A stretch of DNA of 64,000 bases from Candidatus Marinacidobacterales bacterium (lineage in GTDB: Bacteria > Acidobacteriota > Vicinamibacteria > Marinacidobacterales > DATDRI01): positions 3,680,001 to 3,744,000 of the forward strand of contig OZ245365.1 of NCBI GenBank assembly GCA_965226495.1, written 5' to 3'. Under the pieces are notes generated by a model. That model worked only from the letters and a program-made list of their open reading frames with translations. It did not search any database and had not been told where the DNA came from. A program made the position numbers and the translations under genes. How positions within the stretch are numbered: the stretch's first letter is position 1; every line of letters begins with the position of its first letter. Below, piece by piece: positions 1 to 10,657 of the stretch.

Positions 1-2414
1 CGAGACTCGATCTGATTCTTGGCTTCTTCTTCGGAGGCAAGCGAGCCTTCCATTTCCACCCGTTTGTCACCTAAGTTGCTCTTCTCGGAATCGGCACGTG
101 CCAGCTCACTCGACGAGACTTCGGTTTTTCGCTCCACCCGCGTCCACTCTTCGTCGAACTGACGGGCCCGATGCTCGAGGCCAACGAGGACCTTTTCCAG
201 AGAGTGTTGTTCCTCCAAAACGGAAGCCAATCTCTCCTCTCTTGCTCCGAGCTCTTTCTGGATCTCTTCCTTGCGAACTTCCTGCCGACTGAGCTCGGTC
301 GCGTTTTGGGATAACTTCTCCTGGAGCTCACGGATTTCTCGCCGGCTACTGAGCAACCCCTCGCTCGGCCCTCCAGGACCGGCCCGCAGCACTCCCGGTG
401 GAGCGAGCACTTCTCCACTCGCTAAGCTCACGTAAGGTACCCCGGACTCGCGGCGGAAAGCTCGAAGCGCAGCCTCGATCCCATCGACCACGATCGCGTC
501 GGGAAGCGAACGTCGTAGAAGCTCAGACTTGCCGTTCGTCCAATGAACCGCATCACTGAGAAGCCCCACCACTCCGTCGACTTCCTTGCGTCGAAGATTC
601 TCGAGGGCATCTCGGACTGCCGAAGTCTTCGTCGGGCCTATCTGGCTTGACGTACTTGGCAGGCTTATTAGGGACTCAATGAGAAAGTCACAGCGCCCGG
701 CGTCTTCCTTTTCAAGCCATCGCTGAGCCGCCAGGGCATCCTCCTCGTTCTCGACCAAAATGCGCTGGAGAGACTCTCCGTAGAAACGCTCCGCGGCTCG
801 CTCGAACTTGGGGTCGACCTCAACCGAGTCCGCGAGCACGCCTCCGAGCCGAACCTCTAAGTCCGGCCCGGCGGTGAGCAAACGGCGAGCTCCCGCCCCG
901 AAATGCGTCCTGGACGTCACCAGCTCTTCGAGGGAGGCGAGCCGACCAGAAAACGAAGAGGCCTCTTCCCGTCCGCGGACCAACTCGTGATCGACCTGCG
1001 CCAGGTCACGTCTGAGGTCGGCCACTTCTCGCTCGGTGGTCTCTCGCTCACCGACGAGCCGTGCCGCGGTCACCCGCCGCTCCTCAAGCTCCTCTGCGAG
1101 ACTCAGCTTTTCTCCCTCGAGGCGCTGGCGTTCAGTTGTTAGCTCGCGCATCTCCTCCCGAAGCTTCAACGCTTCCGACGAGACCTTGTCCACGTTCGCC
1201 AGAACACCTTGTAGAAAATTGTTGAGCGTCGCGATCTTGCTGATGCGATGCACGAGCTCCGCACGACTCTCTTCGAGCTCCTGCTCCGTCTCGGCGAGCG
1301 ACGCGGCTGCCCGGGAGAGCTCCTCTTGAGTCCGAGCCGCATTTGCCTCGAGCTCCGTGAGTTTAGCCGTCGCCGCCTTCTCGTCACTGCGCCGAAGCTC
1401 TAGTTGCCGGGCAGCTGGGCCCAGACGCATCTCGAGCTCTTCGAGCTCTTGTCCAAGCTGGCTCTGACGACTGTCGACGTCTTTCAATTGCTGACCGCCC
1501 CGGGCGATCTGACTATCCAGTCGCTCGATCCCGATCTCCAAGCGGTGGAGCTTCTCGCGGGTCTCCTCCAGGCTGGATTCTTGTTCTGCCTGTTCCAACC
1601 GCAAGCGCTCGAGATAGTTCTCGGCGGTCACCAAGCTGGTGGAACGCCGAAGCTCTTCGTCAACCGCAGTCTGGAGAACCTGTCGCAAGTGTCCAAGCTT
1701 GCGCTCGAGCTCTTGACTCTTCTTCACCGCAACAATCTGCTCGATATGACTCATCGAGGCGCGCAGACGTTTGTAGCGCCTCGCTTTGCCAGCCTGGCGC
1801 TTGAGCGAATTCATCTGTCGCTCGACCTCGTAGACGATGTCGTTCACGCGCAACAGGTTTTGCTGAGCGGCTTGTAGTTTCACCTCGGCGGAGCGGCGAC
1901 GTACCCTGTACCTGGTAATCCCGGCCGCCTCCTCGATCACTGCACGTCGGTCGGACGCCTTGCTGGAAAGAATCAGCCCTATCTTGCCCTGCTCGATGAT
2001 CGAATAGGCCTTGTTACCCATCCCGGTGTCCATGAAGAGCTCGACGATATCTCGCAGGCGACAGGGGCTGCCGTCTAGCAGGTATTCGCTGTCCCCCGAG
2101 CGATATAAACGCCGCGTGACCACGGCTTCCCGCAAGCCCGCTCCATTACCGTTGATGTTGGATAGGCGGAGGTTGACCTCGGCGAAGCCGACGGGCGGGC
2201 GGCGTTCGCTGCCATTGAAGATGAGGTCCTCCATCTTTTGGCCCCTGAGGCTCTTGGCGCTCTGCTCACCGAGAGCCCACCCGATAGCGTCCGAGATGTT
2301 GCTCTTGCCGCACCCGTTGGGCCCAACGATGGCGGTAACCCCTTCGTGGAAGGACAGTTCGGTCCGTTCACCGAAGCTCTTGAAACCTATTATGTCTACC
2401 CGGTCTAGTCTCAT
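1..2414 (-). CDS. smc: Chromosome segregation protein SMC, 5' part; runs off the left edge
   Basis: Manual translation from ATG 2414: MRLDRVDIIGFKSFGERTELSFHEGVTAIVGPNGCGKSNISDAIGWALGEQSAKSLRGQKMEDLIFNGS. This has the FKSF motif, Walker A GPNGCGKS and SLRG motif of the SMC N-terminal head, followed by coiled-coil-like sequence. It is absent from the ORF track, consistent with no stop inside the window. Confidence 0.93.
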   Translation of the reverse strand, partial: MRLDRVDIIGFKSFGERTELSFHEGVTAIVGPNGCGKSNISDAIGWALGEQSAKSLRGQKMEDLIFNGSERRPPVGFAEVNLRLSNINGNGAGLREAVVTRRLYRSGDSEYLLDGSPCRLRDIVELFMDTGMGNKAYSIIEQGKIGLILSSKASDRRAVIEEAAGITRYRVRRRSAEVKLQAAQQNLLRVNDIVYEVERQMNSLKRQAGKARRYKRLRASMSHIEQIVAVKKSQELERKLGHLRQVLQTAVDEELRRSTSLVTAENYLERLRLEQAEQESSLEETREKLHRLEIGIERLDSQIARGGQQLKDVDSRQSQLGQELEELEMRLGPAARQLELRRSDEKAATAKLTELEANAARTQEELSRAAASLAETEQELEESRAELVHRISKIATLNNFLQGVLANVDKVSSEALKLREEMRELTTERQRLEGEKLSLAEELEERRVTAARLVGERETTEREVADLRRDLAQVDHELVRGREEASSFSGRLASLEELVTSRTHFGAGARRLLTAGPDLEVRLGGVLADSVEVDPKFERAAERFYGESLQRILVENEEDALAAQRWLEKEDAGRCDFLIESLISLPSTSSQIGPTKTSAVRDALENLRRKEVDGVVGLLSDAVHWTNGKSELLRRSLPDAIVVDGIEAALRAFRRESGVPYVSLASGEVLAPPGVLRAGPGGPSEGLLSSRREIRELQEKLSQNATELSRQEVRKEEIQKELGAREERLASVLEEQHSLEKVLVGLEHRARQFDEEWTRVERKTEVSSSELARADSEKSNLGDKRVEMEGSLASEEEAKNQIES

Positions 2415-2450
2415 AGCCTTATGGCGTCATTAAATGTCTACGGAAATCGG

Positions 2451-2480
2451 AGTTTAGCACAGCTCGCGAGCCGGGTTCAA
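2451..2480 (-). promoter_or_regulatory. Putative sigma70 promoter of smc
   Basis: Minus strand TTGAAC, 18 nt, TAAACT, with TG in the extended -10 position; about 35 nt upstream of the ATG. Confidence 0.45.
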
Positions 2481-2487
2481 CGAGGAA

Positions 2488-2534
2488 GCCCTAGATGTGG
2501 TGGAAAGGCTTTCTCGTCCTACTATATCTACCTG
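2488..2534. promoter_or_regulatory. Tandem NrdR-box-like sites between divergent smc and lptF-lptG
   Basis: gccCTAGATGTGGtgg (2488-2503) and ctaCTATATCTACctg (2519-2534), 31 bp apart. Both resemble the NrdR consensus acaCwAtATaTwGtgt and its usual tandem spacing. Confidence 0.5.
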
Positions 2535-2708
2535 CAACTGCCGAGTCTCTCAGACCCTCAATGGACGCCAGAACAGGAGGTTACAAGCCGAAAACCTCGT
2601 CAAGTACCGGCTGCCTTCGAGCGTTTGGCCTTATCTGAAGCGCTGTGTTAATTTGGATCGGCCAACTTGCAATATCGCCGAGTATCGCCTCACCGCTACT
2701 AACTCCCC

Positions 2709-5054
2709 ATGCTGCGCATTCTCGATCGATACACCCTACGTGAGATAGGCCCCCCATTCTTGCTGGGGCTTGGTGTGTTCACATTCGTCTTCCTGCTCAA
2801 CGAGATCCTTCGTTACGCCCAGATCCTGATCGCCCAAGGGGCTAGCCTCAGCAGCGTGGTCGGTATCCTTATCAATTTGCTGCCGAGCGTGCTTTGCTTG
2901 ACGATCCCGATGGGGGTCCTACTCGGAATCCTCATCGCGCTAGGCCGACTCGCCGCCGACAGCGAGATCATCGCGCTTCGAGCTAGCGGTGTCAGCCTCT
3001 ATCGCTTGCTTCGGCCCATCATGGTGGCCGCCACGATAGGCTGGATGGCAACCTCCTATTTGATCATAGAGGTCCTGCCCGACTCGAACCAAGAAGTCCG
3101 CAAGCTCCTTTTTCAAGTTATCGCGTCCAAAGCGAAGACCGACATCCGCCCGCGGGTCTTCTACGACACGCTCTTCCCTAGCTTTATGTTCCTCGTGATG
3201 GACATGCCATCGGGTGACGAAAACTGGAGCAACGTGTTCCTGGCCGACCTGACTTCCCCTACCGCCCCCCGAATCACCTTGGCTCGTGCCGGGCAGCTGG
3301 TGGTCGACTCCGAACAGAGGACGGTCAATTTCTACCTGCGAGACGGTGAAAGCCACCAGGTGACCTACGCACGTCCTGGCGAGTACGACCTGCAGACATT
3401 CTCGGAGACCGTGCTTCCGTTGACGAACGAAACCTTCTTCCCTCCGGAGGACATGGACGTACCGCGCGGAGCGAGGGAGATGGGAATCCCGCAGCTTTTC
3501 GAGTCCTATCAAAAATCGGGTCTCCCCGTATATTTGGTCGAGATTCACAAGAAGTTCTCGATTCCCTTCGCCTGCTTCGTCTTCGGTGTCCTGGGCTTGG
3601 CGCTCGGGATTCGCAACCGTCGCGAGGGTCGTTCCTGGGGATTCGTGGTGAGCATCGCCGTCATATTCGTCTACTACGTTCTCATCCAACTGGGGGACGG
3701 CGTCGCGAAGCAAGGAAATCTTTCGCCTTCGCTCGCGATGTGGATGCCCAACGTAGCGCTCGGAGTTGCGGGACTGACGCTTCTCATGAGAAACGCACGG
3801 GAATCGTCCGCCGGCCTCCCCGCCATCGGGATTGCCATCAAGAGCGGCATCCAAAAACTCTGGCGTTTGGTCCGACGGGCCCCGGCCGATTCAAAGGCTC
3901 TTCCCCAAGGATCGAATCGCCTCGGTTCGCGACCGGTCGTGGTGCTCCGCATCCCGCGTATCGTCCTCCGATTCCCGAATACACTTGATCGCTACATCTC
4001 TCGTGAGTTCTTCCGTTACTTCGGCCTGGTGCTGGCGGCCCTCATCGTGGTCTTCGTTTTGGGATTACTTGTGGACGTGATTCCGTCCGCCATCGAAAAT
4101 CGGGTCAAGGGCAAGCTCGTCGTCGACTACGTGGGTAACGAGTTGCCTCAGATTCTCTTTCACATGTTGCCCTTGGCAACACTCATGGCCACACTCATCA
4201 ACTTTGCCCTTTTCTCCAAGACCAGCGAGCTCATCGCTGCCAAGGCGGGCGGAATCAGCATGTACCGCGTCTCGATTCCCGTCGCGTTGATCGGCTTCTT
4301 CGTCAGCTTGTTTTGTTTCGGAATCCAAGATTATCTCCTTCCCTATACCAACCGACGCGCCTCCGAATTGCGTGATGAGATCAAAGACCGACCGGTCCAA
4401 ACGCACAACCTGCTCAACCGCCGGTGGATGCTGGGTCAAGACGAGCGGATCTACAACTACGTCTATTACGACACGCAGGAGCGGCTCTTCAACGGACTTG
4501 CCGTCTACGAATTCGATCCTGACCACTTCTCACTCACCCAGCGTTTCTATGCACAGACCGCCGCCTGGGATCAGACCTCCGCCAGCTGGTTGCTCCGAGA
4601 CGGCTGGTTGCGTCACTTCAACGCGCAAACCGGGATCGAGCGCTTCGACGAGCTCGGCATGCGCGCGATGGAACCTCCTGATTACTTCAGTAAGGAGCGA
4701 CGCCAGTCGAGCCAGATGACCTATTTCGAGCTCTCCGAGTATATCGATGAGTTGAGTCGGTCGGGATTCGATGTGGTGCGTCTGAAGGTGGCGCTTTACA
4801 GCAAGATCTCGTTTCCGTTGGCGGCGCTAGTCACCTTGCTTATTGGAGTCCCATTCTCTTTTACGCCCGGCAAGAAGGGAGCCCTCTACGGAATCGGGAT
4901 CGCGATCGTCGTTGGACTGACCTACTACATTACGACGCGCGTGTTCGCCTTCATGGGGGACTCGGCTATTCTGCCTCCCCTCATGGCGGCCTGGGCGCCG
5001 AACGTACTCTTCGGCGTCGCCGCGCTGTACGCGCTCTTCATGGTCAAGACCTAG
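2709..5054 (+). CDS. lptF: LPS export ABC transporter permease, LptF-LptG fusion (two YjgP/YjgQ domains)
   Basis: 781 aa with two modules, each starting LDRY and containing an SE(I/L)IA-xxA-G motif (DSEIIALRASG; TSELIAAKAGG), a periplasmic segment, a K(F/I)SxP motif and a terminal W-x-PN helix. Confidence 0.88.
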   Translation: MLRILDRYTLREIGPPFLLGLGVFTFVFLLNEILRYAQILIAQGASLSSVVGILINLLPSVLCLTIPMGVLLGILIALGRLAADSEIIALRASGVSLYRLLRPIMVAATIGWMATSYLIIEVLPDSNQEVRKLLFQVIASKAKTDIRPRVFYDTLFPSFMFLVMDMPSGDENWSNVFLADLTSPTAPRITLARAGQLVVDSEQRTVNFYLRDGESHQVTYARPGEYDLQTFSETVLPLTNETFFPPEDMDVPRGAREMGIPQLFESYQKSGLPVYLVEIHKKFSIPFACFVFGVLGLALGIRNRREGRSWGFVVSIAVIFVYYVLIQLGDGVAKQGNLSPSLAMWMPNVALGVAGLTLLMRNARESSAGLPAIGIAIKSGIQKLWRLVRRAPADSKALPQGSNRLGSRPVVVLRIPRIVLRFPNTLDRYISREFFRYFGLVLAALIVVFVLGLLVDVIPSAIENRVKGKLVVDYVGNELPQILFHMLPLATLMATLINFALFSKTSELIAAKAGGISMYRVSIPVALIGFFVSLFCFGIQDYLLPYTNRRASELRDEIKDRPVQTHNLLNRRWMLGQDERIYNYVYYDTQERLFNGLAVYEFDPDHFSLTQRFYAQTAAWDQTSASWLLRDGWLRHFNAQTGIERFDELGMRAMEPPDYFSKERRQSSQMTYFELSEYIDELSRSGFDVVRLKVALYSKISFPLAALVTLLIGVPFSFTPGKKGALYGIGIAIVVGLTYYITTRVFAFMGDSAILPPLMAAWAPNVLFGVAALYALFMVKT

Positions 5055-5059
5055 GACGT

Positions 5060-5154
5060 AGTGCGAGCGATTGGGCCCCCGCGCAAAGCCATCAGCTGTC
5101 CCGAAGCCGCTTGCCGGCGAAGGGACGGCGGTGGGGGTGGGGCCCCGCCGCACT
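5060..5154 (+). repeat. REP-like nested palindromic element (family A, divergent copy)
   Basis: Nested arms AGTGCG/CGCACT, GGGCCCC/GGGGCCC and CTGTCCC/GGGACGG. Shares AGCCATCAGC with the 20291 copy and GGGGGTGGGG-CCCCGC with the 20291 and 56360/56445 copies. Confidence 0.55.
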
Positions 5155-5187
5155 GATGAAGGTGCCGTGAAACTCTTGAGCACCCTG

Positions 5188-6975
5188 CTAATCTTCCGCC
5201 GCACAAAACTCGAGAGCTCGCACTTCAATTAATCCCGACGTTCCGGGACGGGTGTTGCCAGCGTCCAGAACAAAGAAGAGGCCGCGCGTTTCCCCGAGAT
5301 CGAGATGCCCGTCAGTCGTCTCGCTGATGCTGCGGAGCTTCTCGAAGGGGAGGACCACGTCGCGCCACTCGCCCGAGGTGGTGAAGGAGCTCGCCCACCA
5401 CTCGGTGTCTTCCACCGAAGCACCGGACCGCGCGTCGCGAAGCTGCACCGTGACACGGTACATGTCCTCTCCCCGGACTTGGAATCGGATGGCGTCAAAA
5501 CCGGCAAGGTCACGGGGAGTCCGATCGGCGACCGAGCACCAGACATAGGGTCGGTCGCCTCTAGGCTCGGAGAGGTGGAATTCCATGCGAAACGCATCCC
5601 CAGAAGAAAGCGCGCCCTGCTCATCCATTCGCGATGCGGGATCGTGCTCGGCGTGAAACGCCATCTTCCATGGTTCCTCACCCACGGGCTGGCAGATCAT
5701 CGTCGCCGCGGACCGAGCGACAGGAAGACGCGGCAAGTCTGTCCTGCGAGCCCGCCGAAGATCCGCTACCTCGCTTGATGAGACGAAGATGGGGTTAGAG
5801 ACGATCCAAGGCTGCTCGCGTCGACCAGGAACGAATCGCGAGTCCAGAATAGCCTCCACACGATAGACGCCCGGTCCATCGACAGGGAGCGACAGCGCGC
5901 GGTCAGTCGACTCCACCAGGGACGCGCCGTTTTTCAATAGGCGTAACCGCGTTCCAGCCGGAGCCTCCACCGAGGCGACCAATCGGAGCGAGCCGGTCTC
6001 GACCAACTCGACGGGAACATGGCTTCCAATTGGCCATTCGCGAAAACCGTCCTCTGCATAGAACCGGAATCGAGAGCCGTCGGCCAGTCCATCGAAGCTC
6101 ATGAACCCCTTACCGTTCTTGAGGGCGCGATAGATCGACGCCCGGTCTTTTGCCGCATCACCGACGAGAGGTTCGTCCAATACCAAATGGTTACGTGCCA
6201 TCTCGAAAACGGATCGGTAGCTTGGCCAGGGCAGCTGCAGACCCCAGGGCACCGTGAGGCGACCGTGCGCGTCGAGACCTATCCAAGCGACCACATCGCG
6301 CTCTGCAAGCATTCGGTCCCACTTTTCGAAGAGCCGCGGCTCCCAGTCCAACCCGGCAGCTAGGGCGCGCCGCGGGGAGAAGGGATAGACAGCCGCCGCG
6401 ATGCCGACACGTAAACCGCCTTGACGTCTCCATCCACTGAAGAAATTGAAAAGCTCGATACCAGTGAGGCCGGAAACATCCCAATCGGCCCAGGCGAAAT
6501 TGGCCCTCCGCGCGTACGGATGAGCTGCGATGGCAAAACCCCCCATCCCATCGATGTCTCTGAGCGTCTCCGTGAGATCGGTGGAGAAGCGAAGGACGGG
6601 ATCCGGGATGTCGAGCGCAAGAACGTGCCCTCCTTCGGTCGCGACCTCGCTTCCCGCGAGAAGCAGCACACCTTCCCGATACTCCTGGCCCTCGTTTCGA
6701 AGCGCATCCGGGTCGCGGTGATCGGTGAGCACCACGAAATCGAGACCCGCATGGTTCGCGGCAAGAAGGATGTCGGCCACGCTTCCGGACCCGTCGGAAT
6801 AGCAGGAGTGCGCGTGAACGACGCCGACCGCGCGCCGCGCGACATCCGAACCGGAGGCGTCGGCGAGCAGGGACGGCGGCGGCTTGGAAGGAAGACTCGC
6901 GACGACGACGATAGCGGCGATGACCGCGATCACTAGAAGGACGAAGAGCGTGAGGAGGGCGGAGCGAAACCGCAT
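5188..6975 (-). CDS. Exported PHP-domain (CehA/McbA-like) metallohydrolase with C-terminal CIA30/CBM11-like domain
   Basis: N-terminal TM segment; PHP motifs HAHSCYSDG, LTDH, GSE..GH, AHP, DAH; C-terminal DLAGFDAIRFQVRG...WRDVVLPF pattern. Confidence 0.75.
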   Translation of the reverse strand: MRFRSALLTLFVLLVIAVIAAIVVVASLPSKPPPSLLADASGSDVARRAVGVVHAHSCYSDGSGSVADILLAANHAGLDFVVLTDHRDPDALRNEGQEYREGVLLLAGSEVATEGGHVLALDIPDPVLRFSTDLTETLRDIDGMGGFAIAAHPYARRANFAWADWDVSGLTGIELFNFFSGWRRQGGLRVGIAAAVYPFSPRRALAAGLDWEPRLFEKWDRMLAERDVVAWIGLDAHGRLTVPWGLQLPWPSYRSVFEMARNHLVLDEPLVGDAAKDRASIYRALKNGKGFMSFDGLADGSRFRFYAEDGFREWPIGSHVPVELVETGSLRLVASVEAPAGTRLRLLKNGASLVESTDRALSLPVDGPGVYRVEAILDSRFVPGRREQPWIVSNPIFVSSSEVADLRRARRTDLPRLPVARSAATMICQPVGEEPWKMAFHAEHDPASRMDEQGALSSGDAFRMEFHLSEPRGDRPYVWCSVADRTPRDLAGFDAIRFQVRGEDMYRVTVQLRDARSGASVEDTEWWASSFTTSGEWRDVVLPFEKLRSISETTDGHLDLGETRGLFFVLDAGNTRPGTSGLIEVRALEFCAAED

Positions 6976-6997
6976 CGCTCTCAGGGTATACCACGCC

Positions 6998-7066
6998 GAA
7001 TTTCGGGGACAGGTTATTTATTTCAGCTCGACGTAACCGGAAATAAACAAACTGTCCCCGAAATTC
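6998..7066. repeat. Long inverted repeat immediately after the metK stop (REP/MITE-like, possible terminator)
   Basis: Perfect 15-bp arms GAATTTCGGGGACAG (6998-7012) and CTGTCCCCGAAATTC (7052-7066), extended inward by imperfect AT-rich arms. Confidence 0.7.
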
Positions 7067-7067
7067 T

Positions 7068-8219
7068 CTACAGTCCGGCGTCTTTGCGAAGCCCGTCGGC
7101 CTTGTCGGTTTTCTCCCAGGTGAACTCCGGCTCGTTGCGACCGAAATGCCCATAGACGGCGGTTTTCTTGAAGATGGGCCGCCTCAGGTTCAAAGTCTCG
7201 ATGATCTCTCGCGGGGTCAGCGCAAAATGCGAACGGATTAGCCCGCTAATCTTCTCTTCGCTCACTTTTCCGGTTCCAAAGGTATCGACCATGATGGACA
7301 CTGGCTCCGGCACGCCGATCGCGTAAGCCAATTGGACTTCGACCTTTTTGGCCAATCCGCCGGCCACGATGTTCTTCGCGATGTGCCGTGCCATGTAGGA
7401 AGCCGAGCGGTCCACCTTCGTTGGGTCCTTTCCGGAGAATGCTCCGCCTCCGTGGCTTCCCACACCACCGTAGGTATCGACAATGATCTTTCGACCGGTG
7501 ACACCGCAATCGCCCATCGGCCCGCCGATCACGAAACGACCAGTGGGATTGATGAAGTACTTGGTATCTTTGTCGAGCAGTTTTTCCGGGATAACCTGCT
7601 GGATGATCTGTTCTTTGATCTCCTCGCGGAGAGTCTCGTTCTTCACGAGATTGGAGTGCTGAGAGGAGATGACGACCGCCTCGATGCGAACCGGGCGATC
7701 CCCCTCGTACTCGACGGTGACCTGACTCTTGCCGTCGGGCCTTAGGTAGTCCAAGATCTCTTTCTTTCGGGCTTCCGCCAAGCGCTGCACGAGCTTGTGT
7801 GCCAACATGATCGGCATCGGCATCAGCTCTTCGGTCTCGTCGCACGCGTAGCCAAACATCAATCCCTGGTCGCCCGCGCCTCCTGGATCGACGCCCTGTG
7901 CGATGTCCGGGGACTGCTCCTTGACGGCCGAGATGACACCACAGGTTTCGTAATCGAAGCCAAACTTGGCACGGGTGTAGCCCACGTCGCGTATCGTATT
8001 GCGCACGATTTCCGATAGGTCTGCCGAGGCCTTACTGGTGATCTCCCCGGCAATGATGGCCAGCCCGGTCGTCACGAGAGTCTCGCACGCCACGCGGGAG
8101 TTCGGGTCGTCCTTGATAAGGGTGTCCAGAATAGAGTCCGAGATTTGATCTGCGATCTTGTCCGGATGGCCTTCGGTGACCGACTCGGATGTAAAAAGGT
8201 GCTTTCCGTCCTTGCTCAT
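7068..8219 (-). CDS. metK: S-adenosylmethionine synthetase
   Basis: [35 protein letters not shown] and YGHFGR motifs; ATG 8219 preceded by GGAGG. Confidence 0.98.
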   Translation of the reverse strand: MSKDGKHLFTSESVTEGHPDKIADQISDSILDTLIKDDPNSRVACETLVTTGLAIIAGEITSKASADLSEIVRNTIRDVGYTRAKFGFDYETCGVISAVKEQSPDIAQGVDPGGAGDQGLMFGYACDETEELMPMPIMLAHKLVQRLAEARKKEILDYLRPDGKSQVTVEYEGDRPVRIEAVVISSQHSNLVKNETLREEIKEQIIQQVIPEKLLDKDTKYFINPTGRFVIGGPMGDCGVTGRKIIVDTYGGVGSHGGGAFSGKDPTKVDRSASYMARHIAKNIVAGGLAKKVEVQLAYAIGVPEPVSIMVDTFGTGKVSEEKISGLIRSHFALTPREIIETLNLRRPIFKKTAVYGHFGRNEPEFTWEKTDKADGLRKDAGL

Positions 8220-8313
8220 CTCGTCCTCCAAGCCAACTGCGCCTAATTGGTAGTTCCCGGTCCCGAGACGACCGTCAAATGGCCGTTTTAATGGATCGGC
8301 GACAAAGTCGACC

Positions 8314-8342
8314 TTTGTAACATACCCTCAAAGCCAGGTCAA
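8314..8342 (-). promoter_or_regulatory. Putative sigma70 promoter of metK
   Basis: TTGACC, 17 nt, TACAAA with an extended -10 TG; the -10 is imperfect. Confidence 0.35.
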
Positions 8343-8454
8343 CGGATAATGCTCCTCCTCCACGACCTCCTCGTCGTAGGCGTTGGCGATGGCGATGGCC
8401 CAACCCAGGAAGCCACTTGAATCCTAGGCCTCTTTTCGATTCAATCGCAGTCGA

Positions 8455-10657
8455 GTGCAACGCAAACCGAAAGCTCAGGAAACTCATTCGGGGCCCTCGG
8501 GTCCGGTTCGTCCCGCCCCGCGGCCTAGACGGGCGCGCGGTCTTCCCGACCGATCGTTTCTTCGCGATCTCTTGTTCGCCTCTTCGATTTTCGCCATCGC
8601 GACCGTGGTTCTCACCTACCCCCTCGCGATTCACCCAACTAGCCTCGGACGTTTCGATAATGGAGATGCCCGACTCAACGCTTGGGCTATGTCGTGGGTC
8701 GCGAACCAACTGATCCACGATCCTCTCAATCTTTTCCAAGCGAACACCTTTTACCCTCTGCCTAACACCCTCGCCTTCTCCGAGCATTTGTTCGTTCCCA
8801 GCGTCATGGCGCTACCCCTACTTCAGGTAACGAACGACCTCGTCCTTTCTTACAACCTGGTTTTCCTATTTGCGATCTTCCTTTCAGCAGTGGGCATGTA
8901 TGTCCTCACCGTGTCGCTTACCGGCAGCCGGTTAGCCGGTATCGTGGCCGGACTACTCTTCTCATTTGCACCGTATCGGTTCAATCGCCTTCCTCATATA
9001 CAGATGCAACTTTACGCCTTTCTCCCACTAGCTCTCGCCTGCCTTCATCGCTTTGTGGAGACCGGCAAACGCAGTTGGGCGTGGTGTATGGTCGGTTTCT
9101 TTTTGCTGCAAGTTCTTTCAGGAACCTACCTCGCAGCGATGGCCACGGTGGCGCTCTCGATCGCGCTGGTCACCCTCGTGCCTACGATGCGAAGAACGCG
9201 ACAGGAGATGTCCTCGCTTGCTCTTGCCCTCGTCGTGGCCGCGTTGTGCATCTACCCTTTTGCTCGTCCCTATTTTTGGGTGAACGACCATCTTGGCATC
9301 GAGTGGGATCTTGCTGGAATTGGCTCCTTATCCGCGACGCCAGAAAGCTACCTGGCTTCATCTGCCCATCTTTATAGGCCGCTCACCGACGTGTTAGTCG
9401 GAGAAGACAGTCGCGATTTTCTATTCCCGGGCCTGACGCTTCCCTTGTTGGGGCTTGTTGGGCTGGGGGTGCTCATCATGCGGCAAGGAAGTTTCTCCCG
9501 CCCCCGGGCGACAGCCCTCTGCTACTTTCTGATAATGGCGGCCGGCGTGTTGTTGTCCTTGGGACCGTTGACACCGGTCTATTCGTTCCTGCACGAGCAC
9601 CTCGTCTTTTTTCGTGGACTTCGGGCGCTCACTCGATTCGCCCTCTTGCCCCTTCTCAGTCTCAGTGTCCTCGCAGGCTTCGCCCTCGCGTGGCTCTTTG
9701 AGGAAGGTGGCCGGTTGCACAATCGACGCTGGGCGGCCGCGGCCATCGCCGCTTTCTTCATCGCCGAATCGACCGCACTGCCTTATTCGCTAGCAAGCAT
9801 CAGCGACGAGCCTCCCGAGGTGTACCTCTGGCTGGTGGAGGAGGGAGAGCCCGGCCCGATCGTGGAGCTGCCGTTTCTTGTCCTAGACACGCGATACATG
9901 TTCTGGGCCAGACATCACGATTTCCGGCCCCATGTTGAACGGAGACAGTGGATTTGTTCCTCCGTCCCATCGTTGGATGAAGAATCTGTTCTTGCGCTTT
10001 CCTTCGCCCGACTCGATCACGTTGCTACGGAAACTTGGCGTGCGCTACGTGATTCTTCATCTGGGAGCCTACCGAGACAGGGCCCTCATCCGTTTGCTCA
10101 ACGGGTTGGAGCGACACCGCGCAGAGCTCTTGAAAATCCGCGACTTCGGACGCGACATGGTGGTCGAGGTGATTCCAGCCAAAACCAACATCTTACCGCC
10201 CCCGCCCGATAAGTTTCTTACCCCCATCCGTCCGCCAACTCGGGTGATCCCCAATCCTGACGAGCCGGTGGTAGAGTTCGAGCTGTCGCTTCCGTCCGTG
10301 CAACGAGTGACAGGAGTTCGCTTGCACTACGGTCGGGTGCCGCTTTCGCCGGTGACTCGCGTCGAGCTTCAACTCCCTGCTGTGGAAGAAGATGTCGGAG
10401 GAGACACTGATCGGTGGGAGGAGGCGTGGGCCAGCCCCGAGGACTGGCCGGCTTTGACAGAATTGATCCAGGGGCTGCTCGCGCACCCCCGCCACGGGTC
10501 GCAAAACGTGAAATTCCGAACGCCGGGCTCGCCTGATTCGCCGACTTCGATGGACGAGTTCGTAACGGACCGTCTGAGGCTGCGGTTAACCGGCTACGAC
10601 GGTCCGCCCGATGTGACGAAGATCGAGATCTTGGGAGGGAACGTCGCGCTGAACTGA
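8455..10657 (+). pseudogene. Polytopic membrane protein (GT-C glycosyltransferase-like), split by a one-base insertion near 9930
   Basis: Many TM helices with a GDARLNAWAMSW...FYP..TLAFSEH loop. ORFs 8455-10212 and 9932-10657 join as ...HHDFRP-MLNGDSGFVP if one C is removed from CCCC (9928-9931). May be a sequencing error; start uncertain. Confidence 0.65.

Noticed and set aside
8220-8454. SAM riboswitch upstream of metK
   Set aside because: No SAM-I or SAM-II core motifs recognised by eye; an Rfam scan would be needed to exclude rarer classes.
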